Below the pieces are notes generated by a model that saw nothing but the letters and a program-made list of their open reading frames with translations, was not told where the DNA came from and searched no databases. The position numbers and the translations under genes are program-made. This document shows, piece after piece, positions 16,141 through 24,298 of a DNA stretch of 26,506 nucleotides (position 1 is its first letter; every line of letters begins with the position of its first letter). The stretch is taken from the IMG/VR virus record IMGVR_UViG_3300010362_000091, positions 1 to 26,506 of that record; one strand, given 5' to 3'. This stretch comes from a virus (Duplodnaviria; Caudoviricetes).

Positions 16141-16403
16141 CGGCGCCGCTGCGGCCATTCCTGCACAACGCCCAGATCGCCCGCGAGGCGCGGCGGATCG
16201 CGCACGCGGCGACGCGGCGCTGCGTCTATGGCCGCGCCGACAGCGACCCCGACTACCACACGCCGGGATGCAACCGGTTGACGGCGGAAATCCTGGCGCT
16301 GGCCATGCGGGTGAAGCTGGCGGCGGCCCAGCGCCCGGGACGGCGGCGGACGCCGGCCGAGGGTGTGTTCGTGTGCGCGGACGCGGGCGGGCCGCCGCGG
16401 TGA
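16137..16403 (+). CDS. Hypothetical protein
   Basis: ATGA/GTGA coupling at both ends; GGAGG RBS. Confidence 0.6.
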   Translation: MTAPLRPFLHNAQIAREARRIAHAATRRCVYGRADSDPDYHTPGCNRLTAEILALAMRVKLAAAQRPGRRRTPAEGVFVCADAGGPPR

Positions 16404-17011
16404 TTTACTTGAGCGGCGCCGTGCGCCCGAACCTGAGGCATCCGATGTTGGGCTACATGCACACGCCGCAGATGTGGAACGAGGTTCTGGCGGATGTGAC
16501 GTGGGCGGCCGACAGCGGGTGCTTCCGCGCGCCGGCGCGCTATTCGGACGAGGGCTACCTCGCCTGGCTGGCGGCACGGCCGCGGGACCGCTGTCTGTTC
16601 GCGACGGCGCCCGACGTCGTCGGCGATCATCGCGCGACCGTCGACCTATCCCGGCCGATGCTGCCGCGGCTTCGCGCGGCCGGATACCGTCCGGCGTTCG
16701 TCGCCCAGGACGGATGGACGGAGGGGGGGACACCGTGGGGCGAATTTGATGTGCTGTTTATCGGCGGCAGCACCGGCTTCAAGCTCGGCGCCGGCGGCAA
16801 GGCCATTGCCGCGGGGCGGGCGCGCGGCAAATGGATTCACATGGGTCGCGTCAATTCATTTGGGCGGCTGCGCGTTGCCGCGGCGCTCGGCTGCGATAGC
16901 GCCGACGGGACGTTCCTCAAATTCGCGCCGGACGTGAACGAGCCGCGTCTGATCCGATGGCTGGATAAATTGGCGGCGGTTCGCTTCCTGCCGCTTGGAG
17001 GACACACATGA
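16400..17011 (+). CDS. DpdA-like (TGT-fold) DNA deazaguanine transglycosylase
   Basis: WAADSGCF, APDVVGD, VAQDG, LFIGG, HMGRVNS, DSADGT; directly upstream of queE and queD. Confidence 0.7.
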   Translation: MIYLSGAVRPNLRHPMLGYMHTPQMWNEVLADVTWAADSGCFRAPARYSDEGYLAWLAARPRDRCLFATAPDVVGDHRATVDLSRPMLPRLRAAGYRPAFVAQDGWTEGGTPWGEFDVLFIGGSTGFKLGAGGKAIAAGRARGKWIHMGRVNSFGRLRVAAALGCDSADGTFLKFAPDVNEPRLIRWLDKLAAVRFLPLGGHT

Positions 17012-17628
17012 GTTACGCCGTCAAAGAAATCTTCGTAACAGTGCAGGGCGAGGGCGCCCATGCGGGGCGCGCGGCGGTGTTCTGCCGCTTCGCCGGGTGC
17101 AACCTGTGGAGCGGGCGCGAGGAGGATCGCGCGACGTCGACATGCCCGTTCTGCGACACCGACTTTGTTGGCGGCGAGAAATTTGCGAGCGCCGGGGAGC
17201 TCGCGGCGGCGATCCGGGCGGCATGGGGCGACGGGCGGCCGTGTCGGTTCGTGGTGTTCACCGGCGGCGAGCCATTGCTGCAATTGGACGACGCGCTGAT
17301 TGCGGCGGTGCATGCCCACGGCTTTGCGGTCGCGGTGGAGACGAACGGGACGCGCCCGGCGCCGGGCAAAATTCAATGGCTGTGCGTGAGCCCGAAGGCG
17401 GGGGCGCCGCTGGTGCAGGCCGAGGCCGACGAATTCAAGGTCGTGTTCCCGCAGGACGGGCTCGACCCGGAGGAGTTGCGCGGGCGGGTGTCGGCGACGC
17501 GGTTCTCCATTCAGCCCATGGACGGCCCCGAGGCGGTGGCGAATACGGCGGCGGCGGTCGCCTATGTCGTCGCGCACCCATGGTGGCGGCTGTCGCTTCA
17601 AACCCACAAATTTGCGGGCATTCCATGA
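17008..17628 (+). CDS. queE: 7-carboxy-7-deazaguanine synthase (radical SAM, Cx14CxxC type)
   Basis: EIFVTVQGEG, CNLWSGREEDRATSTCPFCDTDF, TGGEPLLQ, ETNGT, VSPK, WRLSLQTHK. Confidence 0.95.
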   Translation: MSYAVKEIFVTVQGEGAHAGRAAVFCRFAGCNLWSGREEDRATSTCPFCDTDFVGGEKFASAGELAAAIRAAWGDGRPCRFVVFTGGEPLLQLDDALIAAVHAHGFAVAVETNGTRPAPGKIQWLCVSPKAGAPLVQAEADEFKVVFPQDGLDPEELRGRVSATRFSIQPMDGPEAVANTAAAVAYVVAHPWWRLSLQTHKFAGIP

Positions 17629-17972
17629 CGACGCTGGTGGGCGCGCGGGCGACGTTTTGCGCGGGGCATTGGCTGCCGCAGCACGGGGAGACGCACGGGC
17701 ACTCCTACGAGGTGTGGGGATATGCGCGGGAGGGACGTTGCGCCGAGGTGCTACAGCGCGATTTGGCGGCGGCATGCGCGCTGCTCGACCACCGGATGTT
17801 GAACGACGTAATGGGGGACGAGCCGACCATGGAAAACATAGCGCGGTACGTGGCAGCGCGGGTGGGCGGCTTGGCCAAGGTCGTGGTTGCGCGGCCGGTC
17901 GAGGGTCTCGCGTGTGAGTATCACGCCGGCCCCCCGACCGCCGGCGTCGAGGCGGACCGGCCGCCGCCATGA
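17625..17972 (+). CDS. queD: 6-carboxy-5,6,7,8-tetrahydropterin synthase
   Basis: FCAGH.L, HGHSYEV, LDHRMLND, PTMENIA. Confidence 0.85.
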   Translation: MTTLVGARATFCAGHWLPQHGETHGHSYEVWGYAREGRCAEVLQRDLAAACALLDHRMLNDVMGDEPTMENIARYVAARVGGLAKVVVARPVEGLACEYHAGPPTAGVEADRPPP

Positions 17973-18079
17973 TGATGCTCGCCCCCGACCGCCGACGGAA
18001 CGGATGGTTGCTGTGGGCGGCGGTCGTCGCGTTCCTCGTGGTCCTGGTGATCGTCCTGCTGGCGGGGTGGGCGCGATGA
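17969..18079 (+). CDS. 36-aa single-TM peptide (MMMLAPDRRRNGWLLWAAVVAFLVVLVIVLLAGWAR)
   Basis: Translated by hand; ATGA overlaps at both ends. Confidence 0.6.
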   Translation: MMMLAPDRRRNGWLLWAAVVAFLVVLVIVLLAGWAR

Positions 18080-18579
18080 CGTGGCGTCTCTCATGGCGCG
18101 CCGATCCGGTGGCCCGGCGGATCGCCGACCGGCACTACAACCGGCAGGCCGTCGGGTCTCCGCAATTCGTCCCGCCCGGCGCCTGCGTCGTGCTGCGCGC
18201 CGACCATGCCCGGGCGGTATGGGTGACGTCGTGGCCGCGGCCCGAATACGTCAAGCACGAATGGCGCGGGCTGTGGGTCAACACGCTGTTCCGCAAGGAG
18301 GGCAGCGGGAAGGCCAGCGACATGATCCGGGCGGCGGTCGCCGCGACGCGGGCGCTATGGGACCCGCCGCCGGGCGGGCTGATCACGTTCGTTGACCCGC
18401 GCGCGGTCCCCGGGGTGATGGTGCGCGGCGAGCGCGTCTATGGGTTCTGCTACCTCAAGGCCGGATTCGAACACGTCGGCTTCACCGAGACCGAGGAATT
18501 ATGGGCGTGGCAGCTGCGGCCGGAGCGAATGCCCGCCGCCGCGCCGGCGGTCGGCATGCAGTTGAGGCTCGGGGCATGA
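18076..18579 (+). CDS. Mom-like GNAT-fold protein
   Basis: ADRHY, ASDMIRAAV, LITFVDP, YGFCYLKAGFEHVGFT resemble the Mom/GNAT pattern; DNA-modification context. Confidence 0.5.
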   Translation: MTWRLSWRADPVARRIADRHYNRQAVGSPQFVPPGACVVLRADHARAVWVTSWPRPEYVKHEWRGLWVNTLFRKEGSGKASDMIRAAVAATRALWDPPPGGLITFVDPRAVPGVMVRGERVYGFCYLKAGFEHVGFTETEELWAWQLRPERMPAAAPAVGMQLRLGA

Positions 18580-18803
18580 CGGACCGCCTGCCCGCACCGC
18601 CCCCGGGCGCCGTCATGACCGAGGCCGGCGCCTATGCCGCCGCCGCGGCCATTGTCGGGCTGGTCCGCGCCGCCGGCGCCGACGACGACGCGCTCGTCCG
18701 CACGATCGCCGCCCGCCTGCTCGCGATCCGCGCCGCCGGCCACGCCGAGGGCCGCCCGTTCTGGGCGAAATTCGAGAACCGGGGGCGCCGCGGACCGCGG
18801 TAA
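18576..18803 (+). CDS. Hypothetical protein
   Basis: ATGA overlap with the upstream gene. Confidence 0.5.
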   Translation: MTDRLPAPPPGAVMTEAGAYAAAAAIVGLVRAAGADDDALVRTIAARLLAIRAAGHAEGRPFWAKFENRGRRGPR

Positions 18804-18815
18804 AGGAGTTGGCCG

Positions 18816-19016
18816 ATGGACTGGGCGACGATCAAGCGGGCGGCAAAATGGCGCCGGGTCCGGTACGGCGCCGCCCTCGCCCGGCCAGAGTTTCGGGGGG
18901 CCTGCCAGGCCGTCGCCCGCAAGGCCGCCGGGACCGGCCCGACCTCGCCCCCGGTCAAGATCGTCGACCCCGACACCCGCCGCCTCATCGACGAGGCGCT
19001 CGCCCGCCGCCGGTAG
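18816..19016 (+). CDS. Hypothetical protein
   Basis: AAGGAG RBS; 66 aa. Confidence 0.55.
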   Translation: MDWATIKRAAKWRRVRYGAALARPEFRGACQAVARKAAGTGPTSPPVKIVDPDTRRLIDEALARRR

Positions 19017-19159
19017 GCCGAAAAATTCTTTCTCCCAAGAGACTTGCCCCCGGCGCCCGGGCCGCTAACTTCAGCCGCGGGCGAACAAGCGGCACTGGCC
19101 ACGGGCAAGCGAGGCTTCGGCACTAGCTCCACAGGCGGCGCGCCAGCGAAAACCCCGGA

Positions 19160-19190
19160 AAGGCCCCGCCGAGACGTCCGCGGGGCTTTT
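19160..19190 (+). terminator. Probable terminator of the rightward operon
   Basis: GCCCCGC...GCGGGGC followed by TTTT. Confidence 0.5.
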
Positions 19191-19366
19191 CGCGTTTTAT
19201 GCGGCGGGGCCACCGCCTCGGCAATTCGGCATTGCCGATATCTGCCGATCTGCCGACTTGACGAAACAGAACGAATCGTGACCCGCCCGCGTTGATCCCG
19301 GGGTCAATCCGGTCGCCCGACATTGCACCGGAAAATTCGCCGGCCCACACGACACCCGGTCGCATA

Positions 19367-19398
19367 TTGACCGGGACCGGCGGCGTGCCATTATGGCG
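19367..19398 (+). promoter_or_regulatory. sigma70-like promoter with overlapping operator, pointing into array 5
   Basis: TTGACC-N16-CATTAT with an extended TG; TGCCATTATGGCG overlaps the -10. Confidence 0.55.
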
Positions 19399-19620
19399 GC
19401 CCTTCGCCTACGCCACCGGCCCCGACCACGCCATCGCCCTCGCCGACGACGGAGCCAAGCCAACGCCAGCGGACGTCACGCCCCCCGGACCAAAACCCGG
19501 GGGGCGACCGCGTCCGCAATCCGTGGCACCATGACCGGGACCGCGCCGACGCCTCGCCCTCGCCGCCGCCCTCGCTGTCGCCCCGCCTTCGCCTCCGCCA
19601 TCGCAACGCCAACGCCCCCC
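19399..19620 (+). repeat. Hexamer array 5: two degenerate CGCC+NN blocks (~19399-19470 and ~19544-19618), non-coding
   Basis: tt CGCC ta CGCC ac CGGC cc CGAC ca CGCC at CGCC ct CGCC ga...; 1-nt indels break the period; both blocks are preceded by GACCGGGACCG. Confidence 0.75.
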
Positions 19621-19780
19621 GACCCGACATGTCGCGCCGATTTGTCGGGTCGCCCCCGCCGCTCAACCAATAGGCCGGACCGCCGCTACACTGCACCTTC
19701 CCGGCGAAAAATTCGTGTGGCAAATCTGCCATATACACCAGAAATTAGGCGGGGACCGGACCGCACCCTGGCGTTGTGGA

Positions 19781-20123
19781 CTTCTGACGCTTCTGACGCT
19801 TCTGACCCATCCGCCGGGACTAATGTGCTACATGAGATGCTGCGCCGCAGCACGGCATTCCCGCCGCAATCGTTAATCCTCCGCACGAGCTTCCCTAAGC
19901 TAAGTGCGGTGATCGGTCATAATGTCGCCACCATGGCGTCAATGCGTCAGCCAAAGCGTCATCCCATAAGCTATTGAACCGCTTCTATTAATGACGCTTC
20001 TGACGCTTCTGACACTTAAATGCTAAGATCCTACAACGGAGACACTTTAGGTCATGTTGCAGTGCAGGATGGCGTGGTGTTGTACATATAGGCGGTGACG
20101 TCAGAAGCGTCATTAAGCGTCAG
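19781..20123. repeat. CTTCTGACG iterons in direct and inverted orientation; candidate replication origin
   Basis: Three tandem copies from 19781; 18-bp inverted repeat TTAATGACGCTTCTGACG at 19988-20005 and 20099-20116 around an AT-richer core. Confidence 0.6.
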
Positions 20124-20902
20124 GACCCGCGCCTTCGCCGCCCGGCCGCCGTCCGCGGGCGACCTAAAAAGCACACTGTCAAATTGGCATGGCGGGGGGC
20201 GGGCGGGGCGGGGTAGCTTTAACTACCTCCGAAGCCTCCCGGCACCTCCCGACAGTCGACGGCAGCCGGCGACACCTCCCCGGCTCGCTTCAACCTCCTG
20301 CCGGGTGCTTCGACCGCCTTCGAAGCTCCGCGGGAGGCCCCGGCCGATCCCCCCGTCCGATCCGGTCGGCGGCGATTATCAACGGACCTTGAGTCCGCGG
20401 TCGTCGCGTCGCATTCGCATTGCTAATCAATTAGTTGCGGTACGCCAACCCGGCGGCGGGGGCAATAGGGGGGCAATTCTTGGCGCCCTCTCCGGTGCCT
20501 TCGCGGTGCTCTAACCTCCTTCCGTGCTCGGCCTCCCTGCCGGCGACCGTCGACGACGACCCGAACGACGTCGTCCGGGCAGCTCGCCTCAACCTCCTCC
20601 CCGAGACTCCTCCAGCCCGGCCGACCGGCCGCCCCCCTCCTCCCCTGGCTTCCCTCCCTGGTGCCCTCGCTTCAACCGAGCGAACGCATTTTTCGATTGT
20701 CCGGAAATTTTTGACGGCGCGGGCGCAGCGACTCACAGGAGTGAGGCAGGCACCCCCCCGGCGTCCAATCCGCCTCTTTCCGAGCGCCATAATGGCATAG
20801 GGGCCACATAGGCGCCGCGATTAGGGCGGGGGATAGGGGGCGGCGGGCGGCGGGTTGTCCCGGGCGATCTGGCGCTCGTCGGGTGATACCCCCCTAGCCG
20901 CG

Positions 20903-20934
20903 GCCCGCGGACCGGAAGGCCCGCGGGTTTTTTT
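20903..20934 (+). terminator. Rho-independent terminator
   Basis: GCCCGCGGACC-GGAA-GGCCCGCGGG followed by TTTTTTT. Confidence 0.75.
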
Positions 20935-20969
20935 GCGCAGGGTCTAGGAAAAAAGTCGGCACAAGCCCC

Positions 20970-21017
20970 ATGCCAATTTGGCATAGGCGGGGCTTTCGAC
21001 CCATGCCATTATGGCCT
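20970..21017. promoter_or_regulatory. Tandem operator palindromes ATGCCAATTTGGCAT and ATGCCATTATGGCCT
   Basis: Same motif as 3829-3843; upstream of the operon starting at 21059. Confidence 0.65.
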
Positions 21018-21058
21018 ATATGTTAGGGGCGCCCCGCGCGGGGCGGCGAGGAGGATTT

Positions 21059-21286
21059 ATGGGCTATAACGAATGGCGGGCGGCGATTGGGGCGGCGCTG
21101 CGCGACTGCGGGGCGGACCCGACGGCGGTTGCGGCGATTGCGGAGCATCTCTGGAAGCGCTGGTACATTGGGGCGCGGTCGCATGACGAGGTAGTCGCGC
21201 TAGCCGACGCGGCGGCGCACAACATTGCGGTGACGTCCGGTCGGCGGCGGCTAGCGGCGCGGCGCAATCGCGGGGGGCGGGCATGA
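21059..21286 (+). CDS. Hypothetical protein
   Basis: GAGGAGG RBS; ATGA-coupled to the next gene. Confidence 0.6.
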   Translation: MGYNEWRAAIGAALRDCGADPTAVAAIAEHLWKRWYIGARSHDEVVALADAAAHNIAVTSGRRRLAARRNRGGRA

Positions 21287-21711
21287 CGGCAATGTTGATT
21301 TTTGCCGCCGCCGACGTGCGGCGGGTTGCGGAGCACGCCATTGGCAGCCCGCGGCACCAGGACCACCTTGTCGCCTATAGCGACGACGGGGAGCCGATTA
21401 CCGAGCCCGGGGCGCCGGCGCTCCTCCTGGTTCACGACGACGGCGTCTATCTCATGAGCAACGGTTTGCCGCGCGATCTCGTCGCGGGCACGGGGGAGCG
21501 CGGCCGCTCGTTTGCCGCCTATGCCCGGGGGTGCGATCCGGCCCGGGACCCGGGCTGGTGGGACGCCTCGCGGGCGCTGGTGGGCGGCGACGACTTTGCG
21601 GAGACGCTGCCGTGGGCGCGCGAGGTCCTCGCGCAAGTTGTCCGCGGGGCCGACCGCGTTGTGATTGCGGTCAGCGACGGCCGGATTGCGCTCGTCGAGG
21701 CGAACCCATGA
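21283..21711 (+). CDS. DUF3085-family protein
   Basis: LLLVHDDGVYLMSNG, AYARGCDP, GGDDFAE. Confidence 0.8.
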   Translation: MTAMLIFAAADVRRVAEHAIGSPRHQDHLVAYSDDGEPITEPGAPALLLVHDDGVYLMSNGLPRDLVAGTGERGRSFAAYARGCDPARDPGWWDASRALVGGDDFAETLPWAREVLAQVVRGADRVVIAVSDGRIALVEANP

Positions 21712-21851
21712 CGGGGGCGGGGGCGGAGCGGCAGCTTCGGTTTGCGCGGATCGAGACCGATTTGACGGTGCTCAAGTGGATGGTCGGCACGGTGCTGGTC
21801 GTTGTGCTGGCGGGGTTTGGGGTTTTGTTTCGCATGATCGGGGTCGGCTAG
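21708..21851 (+). CDS. Small protein with a C-terminal TM segment
   Basis: RIETDLTVLKWMVGTVLVVVLAGFGVLF; ATGA overlap. Confidence 0.6.
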   Translation: MTGAGAERQLRFARIETDLTVLKWMVGTVLVVVLAGFGVLFRMIGVG

Positions 21852-21899
21852 CGCGGGGCGGGGCGCCGTGACAAAATGGCGGCGGGACGGAGGAATCGG

Positions 21900-22109
21900 A
21901 TGGCGAATCGGATGACCAAGACCGAGTATCGGCAGATTTTGCGGGCGCTCGATTTGTCGATCATTGGGGCGTCGCGGGCCTTCGGCTATTCGGCGCGGCA
22001 GACCTATCGCTATTCGACCGGGCGCGGGCAAATTCCGCCGCCGCTGGCGAAGCTTCTGCGGCTGGCGGCGCGCAATCGGCTGACGGTCGAGCAGATCGAG
22101 GCGCTTTGA
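21900..22109 (+). CDS. Small HTH protein
   Basis: EYRQILRALDLSIIGASRAFGYSARQTYRYSTG..IPPPLAKLLRL; homologous to the N-terminus of 1555..2151. Confidence 0.7.
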   Translation: MANRMTKTEYRQILRALDLSIIGASRAFGYSARQTYRYSTGRGQIPPPLAKLLRLAARNRLTVEQIEAL

Positions 22110-22136
22110 CCCGGGCCCCGTCAATACCCGAAGGGG

Positions 22137-22166
22137 TTGACACTGCCACCATGGCATTACACAACT
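22137..22166 (+). promoter_or_regulatory. Promoter -35 (TTGACA) immediately followed by operator TGCCACCATGGCA
   Basis: Consensus -35 element; the -10 is weak. Confidence 0.5.
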
Positions 22167-22269
22167 AGAACGGCTAATAACAATTGCATAGGATCGGCGC
22201 CCCCGGATCGGGGCGGGCCGGGCATTGGGGGGGCGCAATTCGACGACAACGACGGGAGGTAGGACGACG

Positions 22270-22728
22270 ATGCCAGCGACGAACGGCAATTTATTCCACG
22301 TCTGCGGGATATTCGAGGAGAAGCGGCTTTGGGATATCCTCCGCTTCATGGAAACGCAGAAGGCCTACAACATCGAGGTCCGCCCCGTCGCGCCCCCGGC
22401 GGGGCTTTTAGCGGCCCCAACGACGCGGCCGACGACAGCGGCCAGCGATCCCGACGCGCTCGTTGCGACCATGACCGGCGGGCGCCGGCCGCGCGCCGAC
22501 GAGGGGGCGTCCGGCCGGGCGCGGCGCGCGGTCGCCGCGGTTGTCGCCGCCGATCCGACCGCGACGTTCACGCACAGGGAGCTGGTTGCGCACGGGGCCG
22601 ACGCCAAGGGGGCCACGAACACCGTCTTCCTGCTCATCAAGGCGAAACTGCTCAAGCGCGTTTCGCAGGGGACCTATCGGGCCACCGCGCGTCTGCTCGC
22701 CGGTCATGACGCGGGGGCGGCGGAATGA
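22270..22728 (+). CDS. Hypothetical protein with a wHTH-like C-terminus
   Basis: GGAGGTAGGA upstream; similar to 9353..9751. Confidence 0.6.
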   Translation: MPATNGNLFHVCGIFEEKRLWDILRFMETQKAYNIEVRPVAPPAGLLAAPTTRPTTAASDPDALVATMTGGRRPRADEGASGRARRAVAAVVAADPTATFTHRELVAHGADAKGATNTVFLLIKAKLLKRVSQGTYRATARLLAGHDAGAAE

Positions 22729-23045
22729 GCACACATGGCAACGGCAAGCGCCACGACGGCGGCGGGCTCCGCCTCTATTGCTCATACAATTTCCGCGACA
22801 AGGACCCGATCATTGACCGGCTGCGGACGCTAATCCGCGACCAGCAGGTCAGCTACAGCGATATCGAAAAGGACAGCGGCGTGTCGGCGCAGACGCTCTG
22901 GCACTGGTTCAGCGGCGAGACGCGGCGGCCGCAATTCGCGACGGTGATGGCGGTCGTCCGCGCGCTCGGCTACGACCTGCAGGTGACCGAGCAGAAGCGC
23001 GTCGCCGGCGCCCAGGTGATCGAGCTTCGCCGGCGCGCGGGCTAG
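22725..23045 (+). CDS. XRE-family HTH protein
   Basis: VSYSDIEKDSGVSAQTLWHWFSGETRRPQFATVMAVVRALG. Confidence 0.8.
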   Translation: MSTHGNGKRHDGGGLRLYCSYNFRDKDPIIDRLRTLIRDQQVSYSDIEKDSGVSAQTLWHWFSGETRRPQFATVMAVVRALGYDLQVTEQKRVAGAQVIELRRRAG

Positions 23046-23196
23046 GTCGCTCACGCCCCGCGCGCAACGAAGACGGGGGCCGGCCCGACCGCATCCGCCG
23101 GCCCGCCGGCGCTCGAATGGTTCCCCGACGCCGCGCCGGGCGCATAAATGCGGTCGGGCGCCTCGTCGGGATGCTGCCGGTCCGGGGGTCAATGCA

Positions 23197-23466
23197 ATGA
23201 CGACCGACGACGACGGCGGCAACCAATACGCGGTGGCGGTCTTCTATCTCGACGAAAGCTACGAGTACGTCGCGCGGTGGGTCGACGGCGAGACCGCCGT
23301 GCGCACCTTCAAGCGCATGACCGAATCCATTGCCGCGCGCTGCGGCCTCGTCCGCCGGGTGATCGTCACCGACGGCGGGGACAACTGCAACATGGAGTGG
23401 ATTTACGGCGTCGGTCATACCTATCCGCCCGAGCTAGTCGCCCGCACCGGGGGGCCGCGGCAATGA
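23197..23466 (+). CDS. Hypothetical protein
   Basis: Protein-like composition; ATGA-coupled. Confidence 0.65.
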   Translation: MTTDDDGGNQYAVAVFYLDESYEYVARWVDGETAVRTFKRMTESIAARCGLVRRVIVTDGGDNCNMEWIYGVGHTYPPELVARTGGPRQ

Positions 23467-24023
23467 CGGCGCCGCGGGTCACGCTCGAATTCGCCGCCGC
23501 GCTGCCGCGCCGCTGCGGCGATTGCCAGCTATGCTGCCGGCTCCTCCCCGTCGCCGAGATCGGCAAGCCGGCGCTGACGCGCTGCCGCCATCAGGCGCAT
23601 GGCAAGGGCTGCCGCGTCTATGACTCGCCCGGCATGCCGGCGTCGTGCCGGCTATGGTCGTGCGCCTGGGTCACCGGGGCCGATACCGGGTCGCGCCCGG
23701 ACCGCGCTCATGCCGTCGTCGACATGCTCCCCGACTTTGTCACGCAGGAGACCCCCGAGGGCGAGCGCAAGACGATCCCGGTCGTGCAGGTCTGGATTGA
23801 TCCGAAATTCCCCGACGCGCACCGCGACCCGGCGCTCCGCGCCTACCTCGCCGGGCGCGGCGAGGAGGGCGTCGCCGCGTTAATCCGGTTCAATGAACGA
23901 GACGCCTTCCTGCTCGTGCCGCCGGCCATGACGCCCGACGGGAACTGGATCGAATGGCACTCCAATTGCGCGGTGCCGCAGCACACGTTCGCCGAGGTCG
24001 CCAAGGCGTGGGCGGGGGAATGA
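23463..24023 (+). CDS. YkgJ-like CxxCxxCC metal/Fe-S cluster protein
   Basis: CGDCQLCC..CRH..GCRVY..P.SCRLWSCAW. Confidence 0.75.
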   Translation: MTAPRVTLEFAAALPRRCGDCQLCCRLLPVAEIGKPALTRCRHQAHGKGCRVYDSPGMPASCRLWSCAWVTGADTGSRPDRAHAVVDMLPDFVTQETPEGERKTIPVVQVWIDPKFPDAHRDPALRAYLAGRGEEGVAALIRFNERDAFLLVPPAMTPDGNWIEWHSNCAVPQHTFAEVAKAWAGE

Positions 24024-24298
24024 GCCGGGCCCTCGCCAGCATATGCCCGTTTTGCGGCGAGGAGCACGAGCGGACGACCGCCGTCGTGAAAAAGGGCTTC
24101 GCCGGCGCCGAACCGCACATGCGGCCGGGCGATTTTACCTTGTGCTGGTTCTGCGGCGAATTCTGCGTCATGGGCGACAGCGGCATGCTGCGGCGGCCGA
24201 CGCATTCGGAGGCGCGACAAATCCGACGCGACCAATGCTGCGTCAAGCTGCGCGACGGCTGGCAGACCGTCCAGGCCGCCAAGGCGCGGCGCCACTAA
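24020..24298 (+). CDS. Zn-finger hypothetical protein
   Basis: CPFCG..PGDFTLCWFCGEFC; ATGA overlap. Confidence 0.65.
   Translation: MSRALASICPFCGEEHERTTAVVKKGFAGAEPHMRPGDFTLCWFCGEFCVMGDSGMLRRPTHSEARQIRRDQCCVKLRDGWQTVQAAKARRH

Larger units (their letters stand above)
15029..16141 (+). repeat. 31-bp direct repeats (15029-15059 and 16111-16141) bracketing the methyltransferase
   Basis: GGCGACCCCGAG(C/T)TATGG(C/A)GGAACCGATGAC, 29/31 identical; both copies encode GDPELWRNR*. Confidence 0.9.

Noticed and set aside
15029-16141. Diversity-generating retroelement or IS target duplication
   Set aside because: No reverse transcriptase or transposase in the window; the repeat is short
19983-20026. Resemblance of the concatenated array-1 dinucleotides (ttctatacgctaacttaaagctaa) to ttctatt...acttaaatgctaa in the ori-like region
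   Set aside because: It needs several indels and both strings are AT-rich; it cannot be distinguished from chance without a statistical search
19044-20984. ORF-track calls in the ~2 kb gap
   Set aside because: Low-complexity, mutually overlapping and without RBS or motifs; the region is better explained as regulatory, origin and RNA sequence
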